The notes beneath the pieces were generated by a model. It was not told the DNA's origin. It made no database searches and saw only the letters and a list, made by a program, of their open reading frames with translations. From an uncultured Gordonia sp. (GTDB lineage Bacteria; Actinomycetota; Actinomycetes; Mycobacteriales; Mycobacteriaceae), in contig CAZVVS010000001.1 of the NCBI GenBank assembly GCA_964630585.1, forward strand, positions 1 to 40,775: a stretch of 40,775 nucleotides of DNA, in the 5' to 3' direction. Shown here one piece after another: positions 27,747 through 36,461 of the stretch (position 1 is its first letter; every line of letters starts with the position of its first letter). A program made the position numbers and the translations under genes.

Positions 27747-28966
27747 GCCGACTCATTCCCGACGAGCCGTTCTACGACTTCCTCAGGCGCGCCGCGATGG
27801 GGCAGTTGGACGATGGCAGTGGCGCTCATCATCTCGATTCCCGTGCGCTCGACAGCGCGGAGACTGACCTCGGCCTTGCCGATGCCGTCCTCCTCGTAGA
27901 CGCGGGTGACGGCACCCGTGATTCGCGCGATATCGCCGGCGAACATAGGAGCCCCGATCCGGGTCTCCATCTCCTGAACCCACCCAAGGTCGCCCAGCCA
28001 GTTGTTGACCAGATGCGTGAGGTGCATCTCCATGAAGATGCCGAAGCCGATAGCGCGCGGCATTCCGAAGTGCTGGGCTGAGGAGTCTACGAGATGCCAG
28101 TCCATCTGGAAGTGGTAGGCGCGGGTGACCGGATCGCGCGGAGAATGCATCCGCTCGCCACGGATCATCTCCCACTTGTCGGCGAACGCGATGCCGCCTG
28201 CGATCACGCCGAGGAAGGCGGCATTGTCAAGCGTGTCCAGCGGCCCCTTGAGGACGACACCGAGGTCGTCACCGACGGCAACGTCCTCCCAGAATCGCGG
28301 CTCGGCCCCTCGGCGCAGCTCCCCGGCCAGCTCCTGGTCGTAATGGTCGTAGATCTCGTCGAGCTCCGCGTCACTGTAAGCGGTCAATTCGCGACCCGGT
28401 TGCGGCGGTGCCAGGTTGTCACCATGGCCGGGCAACGGAATCGTGGCGAGCACGTGGCCCGTCAGCGTGATAATGCGCTCGCCACGCTGGTTGTAGAAGC
28501 GTCTCGCCCCGCGGTACAACAGGGTGCGATGCGGGCGACCGGGCCGGGACCGGTCCTCGACCCCCAGCCACACGTCCTCCGCGGTGAACTTATCGCCGGG
28601 ACGGATCGGCACATGGAACTCCACGTGGTTGCCGGCGGCATACATGTTGAACCCCTCGATCTCCGGGGGCGCTGGAAGTGCCACGATCGACGCCGCGGTG
28701 TAGATGTACAACGGTGGTGCGACAATCCCACCCCACGGAGACTTCTCGGCATACGCCTTGTCACGCCAAAGCGGATTCGTGTCACCGTTGGCCACCGCGA
28801 AGAGCTTGACAAGATCTTCGGTGACCTCGCGGAAACCCAGGACATACTCGCGATGTTCGGTACGACGGTCCGGAACCGGTTTCACCTGACCCGCATCCAC
28901 ATTGGCCTCTGCGATGTAGACCTCGATGGCCTTGTCCAAGTCCTCGGCCGTTTCGATGACAGGCAT
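27743..28966 (-). CDS. MaoC/FAS1-like double hot-dog dehydratase
   Basis: GDTNPLWRD, WGGIVAPP, RFWEDVAVGDDL, FAGD..ITG.V; AAGGAG RBS. Confidence 0.85.
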   Translation of the reverse strand: MPVIETAEDLDKAIEVYIAEANVDAGQVKPVPDRRTEHREYVLGFREVTEDLVKLFAVANGDTNPLWRDKAYAEKSPWGGIVAPPLYIYTAASIVALPAPPEIEGFNMYAAGNHVEFHVPIRPGDKFTAEDVWLGVEDRSRPGRPHRTLLYRGARRFYNQRGERIITLTGHVLATIPLPGHGDNLAPPQPGRELTAYSDAELDEIYDHYDQELAGELRRGAEPRFWEDVAVGDDLGVVLKGPLDTLDNAAFLGVIAGGIAFADKWEMIRGERMHSPRDPVTRAYHFQMDWHLVDSSAQHFGMPRAIGFGIFMEMHLTHLVNNWLGDLGWVQEMETRIGAPMFAGDIARITGAVTRVYEEDGIGKAEVSLRAVERTGIEMMSATAIVQLPHRGAPEEVVERLVGNESA

Positions 28967-28993
28967 GCGATTCTCCTTGATTGGTCAGTCCGA

Positions 28994-29033
28994 TTGAGCG
29001 TGACGCGTCTAACAATACTGTACAAGTGTGCAG
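28994..29033 (-). promoter_or_regulatory. Operator copy 5 (29018-29033) with adjacent CRP-like box (28999-29014)
   Basis: Operator CTGCACACTTGTACAG on - strand; box CGTGACGCGTCTAACA; TTGAGCGTGACGC (28994-29006) is identical to 932-944. Confidence 0.7.
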
Positions 29034-29071
29034 TAGATAACTCCGGAGAGCAAGGTCTACCTTCCGCCGCG

Positions 29072-30598
29072 CTAGCCGGTCCGATACGGCGAGGTGTTCG
29101 CGATCCGCGGTGCGCGTGCCGTGTCGTTGCCGCCTACGTGCGAATTGGTCGCACCCTGGAGGAGGTAGTTCGCATCGTCGAAGGTCACAAATCCACGGGT
29201 GACCGCATCCTGCGCGGACCGTGCGAACCGGTCGACGTATGCCTGGTGAGTCGGGTACAACGCCTTGAGCCGGTCCTGGGTGAACCCGAAGCTCTGGCCC
29301 ATCGCTGAACACGTGCTCCCGATGTACGTCGCCACCGGAACGTCGATGACCGGTGATCGAACACCCCCAATGGCGTTGCCGAACCGGTCACGCGCCAGGG
29401 CGTCGGGGAACTGGGTGGGGAATGTGATGGCGTCGTTGATGGTCGGCCCCTTCGCCGGCTTCAGCCGCGGCATCGCAGCGGGCTTCTGACCGGTGCGCAC
29501 CCAACTCTCCACCGCCTCGATCGCGGCATTCACGAGGACGTACCGGGGCATGTAGTTGCCGCCCAGGCAACTCGCGCCCGACACGAACGGGATACCGTTC
29601 TGGCCGTAGTCTGCGACCACGGCCTGCATCTGCACGGCCGACATGGGGACTCGACCGGTCAGGTTGAAGGCAAGAATCGCCCCGACGATTTGAATCGTGG
29701 CATTGTCCGCGTGCGAATGTCCCGCTCCCATCCAAGTCGCGAGGTTGGCCAGCTCGCGGGCATCGGCAGGCTTGCCGCCCTCCTCGTTCCAGATCCTGAT
29801 CGTGGGAACACGCGGATTGCAATTCAGTCGACGGAAGCCCAAGTCCGAGTCGACCACCGCACCGTCGAGGACACCGGCTCTGCGATCGGAACCATCGCAC
29901 AGATACGCGCCCAGCTCGTACGCCGACTGCGAATCCCCGAGCCCGATAACCCGCTCCACCGCCCGGCCCCCGGTGACGACCCCACGGTTCGCGGGCAGGC
30001 GCACCGCGCGGATGATCTGCGAGAAGATGTCGTGGGCGTACTCCTCCCCCGGATGGCTCAGTGACGCGTATCGTCGGGGATCCCAGGCCTTCAGACTCAT
30101 CGGCGAGCAAGTCGGCAAGACCTCGGCGCTCTCACCGCGGAACAATATGCGGGGATCGGGAATCGCGAAGCCACAAACACTCACCTGCTGGACGCTGGCG
30201 AGGACAAAGGTGTCCCCCGCCTTCATCGCCGCGCGGTGATGCAGAACCCAGTCGGGCGTGAGCTCCGCCTCCGCGGTGACATTGTTCCACTCGACCTTGA
30301 CCGTGCCCGTCGATCGAACGGCGTTCGTCGGGCGGAACACCTGGATCCGAGTGCGGAACTTCGCGGACGTCAGGGTCTTCACAGACCGCGCAGCCCCGGA
30401 GACGAAGTACTCGTCCTGCCGATAGCCGTAGGGCTTCAACGACCACGGCCACTCGTTGTAGGCGAATCCCCGATCACCACCCACGACCGGACCAGTGATC
30501 CGTGGCGATTGATCGGCGGCCGGCGGGATGGCCCCCACCGTCCCGATACCAAGAGTCGACAAAACCAGCGCAAAGACTGGGACTAGAAACCACCGCAA
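29072..30598 (-). CDS. Secreted alpha/beta-hydrolase-domain protein
   Basis: Signal-peptide-like MRWFLVPVFALVLSTLGIGTVGA, EYFVSG, VEWNNVT, DIFSQ, nucleophile elbow GDSQSA, RDRFGNAIGGVRSP; GGAGG 8 nt before TTG 30598. Confidence 0.8.
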   Translation of the reverse strand: MRWFLVPVFALVLSTLGIGTVGAIPPAADQSPRITGPVVGGDRGFAYNEWPWSLKPYGYRQDEYFVSGAARSVKTLTSAKFRTRIQVFRPTNAVRSTGTVKVEWNNVTAEAELTPDWVLHHRAAMKAGDTFVLASVQQVSVCGFAIPDPRILFRGESAEVLPTCSPMSLKAWDPRRYASLSHPGEEYAHDIFSQIIRAVRLPANRGVVTGGRAVERVIGLGDSQSAYELGAYLCDGSDRRAGVLDGAVVDSDLGFRRLNCNPRVPTIRIWNEEGGKPADARELANLATWMGAGHSHADNATIQIVGAILAFNLTGRVPMSAVQMQAVVADYGQNGIPFVSGASCLGGNYMPRYVLVNAAIEAVESWVRTGQKPAAMPRLKPAKGPTINDAITFPTQFPDALARDRFGNAIGGVRSPVIDVPVATYIGSTCSAMGQSFGFTQDRLKALYPTHQAYVDRFARSAQDAVTRGFVTFDDANYLLQGATNSHVGGNDTARAPRIANTSPYRTG

Positions 30599-30635
30599 CG
30601 CAAGTACCTCCGAATCGGACCCCACCAGCGGGATA

Positions 30636-30693
30636 CTGAACACTCGTGCAGATTCTGCTCCGCACGCTACGGCGTAACGCACGTCACAGTCAA
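30636..30693 (-). promoter_or_regulatory. Promoter with operator copy 6 (30636-30651) and CRP-like box (30673-30688)
   Basis: - strand TTGACT (30688-30693), 18 nt, TAGCGT (30664-30669); operator CTGCACGAGTGTTCAG; box TGTGACGTGCGTTACG. Confidence 0.7.
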
Positions 30694-30702
30694 TGCGGTT
30701 CG

Positions 30703-30737
30703 GCGTGTCCCGCGTGTCCCGCGTGTCCCGCGTGTCC
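30703..30737 (+). repeat. Tandem repeat, about 4 x 9 bp GCGTGTCCC
   Basis: Read directly: three full copies plus 8 of 9 nt of a fourth. Confidence 0.95.
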
Positions 30738-30799
30738 GATTGCTCAAAGGAAGACCTGAGGGCGGCAGCGGAGGAAATCGAATATGGGGATTCAGAAGC

Positions 30800-31654
30800 T
30801 CATCGTGCCGGCGGGAATGCAAATCGCACTAGTTCTTCCGCGTCGCTTTCCCGATTGAGCACCATGCGGTCGAGAAACGACGCCGCCGCAGCCACTGTCG
30901 CACGGAGTGCCATCGGAGCGTTGTCGAACTCGTGTCCACGGCCGGCGTACACGTGGTAGTCGGTCGGAACCCCGAGCTCGACCAGCATCGTGTGCAGCAA
31001 GGCAGTAGCCCGCGGCGGCGTCGGAACGTCTGCGGTGCCCTGGAAGATCGCCGTGGGTGGGAATTGCGCATCCAGACGATCGAGCGGGCTGGCCTGCCTC
31101 AAATCGTCCTCCGTCGCACCTGTCGGGAAGAGCATCCAGGACGGCAGGCGGCCGATGTCATCGAACTGCGCAGCGAGGTCATCGGGTCCGAGTGCGAGCA
31201 GCCCGCCTTCGGGCCGCTCGGCACAATGAAAGCCGATTGGTGGATAGTAAGCAAGAATTGCGGCCGGCCGGCCTGTCGCTTCGGCGCCGAGCAAGAGTGA
31301 CAATTGTGCGCCCGCGGAATGACCCTGCACCGAGATCTTCGCCGGATCGACACCGTAGTCCGCGGCGTGCTCCCGCACCCACGCCAGAGCCGCTCGCGCG
31401 TCGTCGAGCGGAGCCGGCCAGGATGCAGTCGTGAGCAGTCGGTATTGCACCGCGAACGCGACAAAACCCTCGTTGGCGAGTGCCGCAGCGCGCTCGTACA
31501 CGTCCTCGGGCCCGCCGGAGACCCAGGCGCCGCCGTGGAACACGAGCACCGCGCCGGCGTTCTGCCGACTCGGTTCCGGCCGAAACACGCCTAGGCTCAG
31601 ACCCTCGCCGACGGACGTCGAATAGGTGACTGTTTGAACAGATGTGCTGGGCAT
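30800..31654 (-). CDS. Alpha/beta hydrolase (HSL-like esterase/lipase)
   Basis: FHGGAW, YRL, GHSAGAQL, QGTAD, GHEF. Start placed at ATG 31654, downstream of the promoter. Confidence 0.9.
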   Translation of the reverse strand: MPSTSVQTVTYSTSVGEGLSLGVFRPEPSRQNAGAVLVFHGGAWVSGGPEDVYERAAALANEGFVAFAVQYRLLTTASWPAPLDDARAALAWVREHAADYGVDPAKISVQGHSAGAQLSLLLGAEATGRPAAILAYYPPIGFHCAERPEGGLLALGPDDLAAQFDDIGRLPSWMLFPTGATEDDLRQASPLDRLDAQFPPTAIFQGTADVPTPPRATALLHTMLVELGVPTDYHVYAGRGHEFDNAPMALRATVAAAASFLDRMVLNRESDAEELVRFAFPPAR

Positions 31655-31693
31655 AGTGGTCTTCACACTACGAGCAGCGTCCGGGCGGGTCAA
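31634..31693 (-). promoter_or_regulatory. Esterase promoter with operator copy 7 inside the first codons (31634-31649)
   Basis: - strand TTGACC (31688-31693), 17 nt, TAGTGT (31665-31670); motif CAGCACATCTGTTCAA. Confidence 0.55.
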
Positions 31694-31816
31694 CGATGCA
31701 GTCCTGATGCCTTGACCCGTCGTCGGCGCCAAACCCGCAGATCAGCGAAAGTGATAGAAAGTGGACAAACCGGGTGTACCCGAACCGGCGAGACGTTCGG
31801 GACTAGACTTCATGTC

Positions 31817-32461
31817 ATGTCAGAAGCGCCTTCCCCGGCACAGCCTGCCAGCCCGTCCCAGGCGGAGATCCGCCTGCTTCGTAATACACTCCCGATCCTG
31901 GCTCGGTGTGGCACCCAACAGATCTCACTGCGCGGCATCGCCCGCGAACTCGGCGTCAGTCCGTCCCTGCTCGTATACCACTTCGGCACTCACGAGAACC
32001 TCATCATCGCCACGATGAATTGGGCGTTCGGGGACATCGCAGAACGGATCCACGGAAGTGTGGAGGATGCCGACAACCCCCGCGCGTTCATCGATCACTT
32101 CCTGGACCGCGTCTTCATCGGCAGCGAAGAGAACCGCGAGCACCTCCTGATCTACCTCGACCTTGTCCAGTACGCCGCTCGACACCCCTCGTTTGTCAGA
32201 ATGAATGCAATCTGGCGCGAACACATGACCGGCACCTTCGTCGAAATGATCGAGGCAGGAGTCGATTTCGGCCACTTCCTCGTCGACGACGTCGACGTCG
32301 CCGCACGGCGCTGTCGTGCCATCCTCGACGGCCTCCTGCTCCAGTGGTTGCAAGACCCGAATTGGCAGCGCAAGTACAAGCAGATGCGCACCGACTGCAC
32401 CGTGACCATGTTGGCCATCTTGGTACCTCCAGCCCCGCCTCCGACTTCTGACAAGAAGTGA
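31817..32461 (+). CDS. TetR/AcrR family regulator with BetI-like C-terminal domain, copy 1; probably leaderless
   Basis: SLRGIARELGVSPSLLVYHFGTHENL, IEAGV..G.F, LDGL.LQWL; TAGACT -10 box 7 nt before ATG, no SD. Confidence 0.9.
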   Translation: MSEAPSPAQPASPSQAEIRLLRNTLPILARCGTQQISLRGIARELGVSPSLLVYHFGTHENLIIATMNWAFGDIAERIHGSVEDADNPRAFIDHFLDRVFIGSEENREHLLIYLDLVQYAARHPSFVRMNAIWREHMTGTFVEMIEAGVDFGHFLVDDVDVAARRCRAILDGLLLQWLQDPNWQRKYKQMRTDCTVTMLAILVPPAPPPTSDKK

Positions 32462-32477
32462 CATAGCACCAACCCCC

Positions 32478-32527
32478 TTGACAGATGTGACAGCCGTCAT
32501 ATCATTGAGTCCTGCACAACTGTTTAG
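32478..32527 (+). promoter_or_regulatory. Promoter with CRP-like box (32486-32501) and operator copy 8 (32512-32527)
   Basis: TTGACA (32478-32483), 16 nt, TATCAT (32500-32505); box TGTGACAGCCGTCATA; operator CTGCACAACTGTTTAG. Confidence 0.7.
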
Positions 32528-32616
32528 TAGCCGAGGTGTTGTGCATCCGCGATTCCCGTCCGCCGGACGCGCAGGTGCACTAGCAGCGGTGAGAAACGAG
32601 GGAAAGGGGCTCGATC

Positions 32617-33876
32617 ATGGGCATGCAGTACGAGGGCTATCGGCCGCGTCCACCTGGTCTCCCACTCATTGATGGCAAAGTCGACTTCACCAACGAGGCC
32701 GGAGTCCAGCAGATGCTGGAACTGATCGGCGATGCACCGTTGCCCGACGTCTCGGCCGCCGCCGCGGAGCCCTTCGTCGGCGTGACCACTGACGGTCATG
32801 CGATCCCGGGCTTGTTCCCCCTCGCCGACGACGGGTTCGACGGTGCACCCGCAGCCAGGGCAGCCATCGACTTCCTCCACGGCCTCACCGCCGCGGAGCG
32901 CGCGAAGAGCACCTCACCGATGGACAGCACAGACTGGCGCCTCTGGATCAACGCATTTCTCACCTTCCCCGAACACGGCCTGCGCCTGCAGGATCTGTCC
33001 GACTCCAGCCGCGAGGCCGCACTCGCCGTCATCGAGGCGTCGACGAGTACCGTCGGCTTCGAGCGAATCCGCAAAGCCATGCGTCTCAATGGAGAGCTCG
33101 GCCGATTCGTCGATTCCTACTTCGACACCCTGACCGAGTGGTGTTACTGGTTCACCATCTTCGGCGAGCCGTCCGCTGACGCACCGTGGGGTTGGCAATT
33201 GGCGGGACACCACATCGACGTGCACTGCGCGATCATCGGCCACCAGGTCGTGCTGACCCCGACGTTCCTCGGCGCCGAGTTTCGGAGCGCGGAGATTTTC
33301 GCCGAGCATCGCGCTTCCGCACTGGAATTCATGCAGTCGCTCTCGGCGGGCCAGCGCAAGAAGGCCGTTCTCTACGAGTCACTGTCGCCGGGGGAATTGC
33401 CCAAGGCACTGGCCGGCCACGTAGACGGGCGTCACCGTTCCGGGGCGGGCCAGGACAACCTGGTGATGCCGTACGAGGGACTTCGCGGAGACCAGCTCAG
33501 CGCGGGTCAGCGTGAGCTACTGCTGAGTGTTCTCGATCCATACATCGATGGACTCAGCGCAGGCCCGCGGACCGCCTGGCAGCGACAGGTGGCAAAGCAC
33601 CTGGACGACAGCTGGTTCACATGGATCGGGAACGACGACGATCGGTCGCCGTTCTACTACAAGGTCCACAGTCCCGTGATCCTCGTCGAGTACGACAACC
33701 ACTCGGGCATCTTTCTCGACAACGAAACGCCCGAGCCGTTCCACGTCCACAGCATCGTGCGCACGCCAAACGGGGGCGACTACGGCAAGGACCTCCTGGC
33801 CCAGCACTACGCCCAACAGCACACGCACGATCACGATCACTCGCACGGCGACGGTCATGGCCACCACCACCACTGA
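32617..33876 (+). CDS. DUF3500 domain protein, copy 2, with His-rich C-terminal tail
   Basis: WRLWIN, GLRL, PWGWQLAGHH, FYYKVHSPVILVEYDNH, HVHSIVRTPNGGDYG; tail HTHDHDHSHGDGHGHHHH. Confidence 0.85.
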   Translation: MGMQYEGYRPRPPGLPLIDGKVDFTNEAGVQQMLELIGDAPLPDVSAAAAEPFVGVTTDGHAIPGLFPLADDGFDGAPAARAAIDFLHGLTAAERAKSTSPMDSTDWRLWINAFLTFPEHGLRLQDLSDSSREAALAVIEASTSTVGFERIRKAMRLNGELGRFVDSYFDTLTEWCYWFTIFGEPSADAPWGWQLAGHHIDVHCAIIGHQVVLTPTFLGAEFRSAEIFAEHRASALEFMQSLSAGQRKKAVLYESLSPGELPKALAGHVDGRHRSGAGQDNLVMPYEGLRGDQLSAGQRELLLSVLDPYIDGLSAGPRTAWQRQVAKHLDDSWFTWIGNDDDRSPFYYKVHSPVILVEYDNHSGIFLDNETPEPFHVHSIVRTPNGGDYGKDLLAQHYAQQHTHDHDHSHGDGHGHHHH

Positions 33877-33921
33877 CCACCCCACGTGCCCGACCAACCA
33901 ATCGAAGGGAACCGTTCACCG

Positions 33922-34740
33922 ATGAGTTTCATCCGCCCGTTCGACGATGCCAAGGCCATGGACACCGGGTTCCCGGGCTACCGGGCACAGTTCCTCTCGC
34001 GGCTGGAAGCGGGGATGTTCATCCACTCGGTAATCCAGGAGAACGGATGTGGTCCCGGCCTGCACTACCACCACAGCGACCAGTTCTACTTCCTGATCAA
34101 TGGCCGGATCAACCTCCAACTCGGAACCGAGCAGCACATCGTCGAGGCAGGGTCGCTGGTCTTCATCCCCGCGGGGGTCGCCCACCGCAACTGGAACGAC
34201 GGTCCGGGTGCGGAGAACCACTTCGAAATGATTATCCCCACGCCGATGCCCGGCACCCCCCTCGCGTTCATGGTCGACTCACCCGACGATGTGCCGGAAG
34301 AGGCTCGGTCGTCGCAGCAGGGTTACGTGCTCCGGGTCGACGACTCGCGGTTCGCCGAGCCCCTTCCGGGATTCCGGCTGCAGGCGCTGGCAGACCCGGG
34401 CAGCGGATCGCTCCATGCGGTGATCAACTACGCCGAGGTCGATCCCGGCAAGGCCGGACCGGGCATGCACATCCACAAGTTCGATCAGTACTACTGCGTC
34501 CTGGAAGGCGAGATGACCGTCGAAGTGGCCCTGCAGAAGCACGTCGTCGGACCGGGCACCCTCGTCGTACTGCCAGCCGGCGTCCCCCACTGCCAGTACA
34601 ACGCCGGCGAGGCCACCGAGCGGCACCTCGTGGTGCTGGCCCCCTGCCCACTGCCCGGTGAACCGTGGGATGAAGGCGTCGACTTCATCGCCAATGGTGA
34701 AACCCACACCGGATCCAACATCCTCGTCCCACAGTCATGA
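33922..34740 (+). CDS. Bicupin (two cupin domains) protein
   Basis: GPGLHYH..DQ...PAGVAH and GPGMHIH..DQ...PAGVPH; GAAGGGA RBS before ATG 33922. Confidence 0.88.
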   Translation: MSFIRPFDDAKAMDTGFPGYRAQFLSRLEAGMFIHSVIQENGCGPGLHYHHSDQFYFLINGRINLQLGTEQHIVEAGSLVFIPAGVAHRNWNDGPGAENHFEMIIPTPMPGTPLAFMVDSPDDVPEEARSSQQGYVLRVDDSRFAEPLPGFRLQALADPGSGSLHAVINYAEVDPGKAGPGMHIHKFDQYYCVLEGEMTVEVALQKHVVGPGTLVVLPAGVPHCQYNAGEATERHLVVLAPCPLPGEPWDEGVDFIANGETHTGSNILVPQS

Positions 34741-36461
34741 CCGCCCAGCAGAGTTCTCCAGGCCCGGTTCCCACCGCGGGGGAACCGACCTGGTTGAACC
34801 GTTACCCCGATCCTCTCCCCCACAGGATCGAACCCGAGTTCACCGACATGCTGACCATGTTCCGCTCGACGGTGTCGCAGCACCCTGGTTCAACAGCCAT
34901 CGCCTACTTCGACGGATCCCTCACATTCGCCGACCTCGACGCGCGCTCCGACGCGGTCGCAGAGAATCTCGTCGCGAATGACATCTGCCCCGGTGATCGC
35001 GTCGCCCTCTACACGCAGAACGACCCCGGTTTCGTCATCGGCTTGGTGGCGACGTGGAAGGCCGGGTGCAGCGCGGTCGTCATGAACCCGATGTATCGCC
35101 GACGGGAAGTGGAATACCTCCTTGACGACTCTGGGGCCACCGCACTGATCTGCCTGGATTCGCTCTACACCAGCGTCGTCCGGGAGATCCTCTCCGATGG
35201 GCTGTCGAACGTTCGCCACGTCCTCATTACCGCAGCGCGGGATCATCAGAACCGCAACGACAGTCGCGTCCTCGATTCCACCGTCTCAATACCCCGCCTC
35301 ACGCGGCTGTCTGGCCTCACCGAACCGAACGGCGACTATCCGCTTCCAGAATGGACTCCGCAGAGCGAGGACCTTGCACTGCTGATGTACACGTCGGGGA
35401 CGACCGGTCGCCCCAAGGGTGCGATGATCTCCCACGGCGGTACCGCGTTCAACTGCCAAACATATCGGGACTGGGTAGGCCTGACCTCCGACGACCGGAT
35501 ACTCGGAGTCGCGCCACTGTTCCACATCACCGGCCTGGTCGGCCATGTCTGCGCGAGCTTCGTGACTGGCGGCACCCTCATCTTGAACCACCGCTTTGAC
35601 GGTGACGTCGTGATGGATGTGATCCGCGAGCACCGGCCGACGTTCACCGTCGGATCGGTCACCGTGTTCAACAACCTGTCGAGCCGGAGCGATGTCTCGC
35701 CCGATGACTTTTCCTCCTTCCGCATGGTCTGTTCCGGTGGAGCCCCCATCGCACCCGCCCTCAACGACGAGATCGGTCGGCGCACCGGGCTGTACCTCCA
35801 CAACCTCTATGGGATGACCGAGACCACCGGACCGGCCATCGGCGTGCCGATCGGTGTCCGCGCTCCGGTCGACCCGACTTCAGGCGCACTCGCGGTCGGG
35901 GTTCCCGTCTTCAACACCACAGTTCGCATCACAGACGACGACGGGAACGACCGCCCACCCGGCGAAACGGGCGAGATCCTGGTGTCCGGCCCCCAGGTCA
36001 TCACCGCGTACTGGAACCAGCCCGAGGCCTCGGCAGAGCGGATTCACGGTGACGAGATCTCCACCGGGGACGTCGGATTCATGGACGGCGACGGCTGGTG
36101 CTACCTGGTCGACCGCAAGACCGACATGATCAACTCCTCCGGATACAAGGTGTGGCCGCGCGAGGTCGAAGACGTCCTGCTGAGCCATCCATCGGTCCAG
36201 GAGGCGGCCGTCATCGGCGTCGCCGACGACTATCGCGGAGAAACCGTGAAGGCGTTCGTGGCCCTGCGCGCAGGAGCTGCGGAAACGGAGAGCAACCTTA
36301 TCGACTTCTGCCGCAACCAGATGGCCGCCTACAAGTACCCACGCATGATCGAGTTCATATCGGAGCTTCCGAAATCGGTCACCGGCAAAATCCTGCGCCG
36401 CAACCTGCGGACCTACCCCGAAACCACCGCTCCAGCGGCCGATCTCGACGATCAGAAGTGA
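34737..36461 (+). CDS. Long-chain acyl-CoA ligase (AMP-binding)
   Basis: YTSGTTGRPKG, YGMTET, TGDVG, DRK.DMINSSGYKVWPREVE, GKILRR. Confidence 0.92.
   Translation: MTAQQSSPGPVPTAGEPTWLNRYPDPLPHRIEPEFTDMLTMFRSTVSQHPGSTAIAYFDGSLTFADLDARSDAVAENLVANDICPGDRVALYTQNDPGFVIGLVATWKAGCSAVVMNPMYRRREVEYLLDDSGATALICLDSLYTSVVREILSDGLSNVRHVLITAARDHQNRNDSRVLDSTVSIPRLTRLSGLTEPNGDYPLPEWTPQSEDLALLMYTSGTTGRPKGAMISHGGTAFNCQTYRDWVGLTSDDRILGVAPLFHITGLVGHVCASFVTGGTLILNHRFDGDVVMDVIREHRPTFTVGSVTVFNNLSSRSDVSPDDFSSFRMVCSGGAPIAPALNDEIGRRTGLYLHNLYGMTETTGPAIGVPIGVRAPVDPTSGALAVGVPVFNTTVRITDDDGNDRPPGETGEILVSGPQVITAYWNQPEASAERIHGDEISTGDVGFMDGDGWCYLVDRKTDMINSSGYKVWPREVEDVLLSHPSVQEAAVIGVADDYRGETVKAFVALRAGAAETESNLIDFCRNQMAAYKYPRMIEFISELPKSVTGKILRRNLRTYPETTAPAADLDDQK

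Noticed and set aside
17105-29308. Long antisense or off-frame ORFs such as 17587..18732, 19627..20850, 26055..27437, 28094..29308
   Set aside because: Shadow ORFs typical of high-GC coding DNA, with no recognisable motifs.
33846-33876. Engineered His-tag or vector contamination
   Set aside because: Interspersed His/Asp/Gly pattern in native context with no vector or linker sequence.
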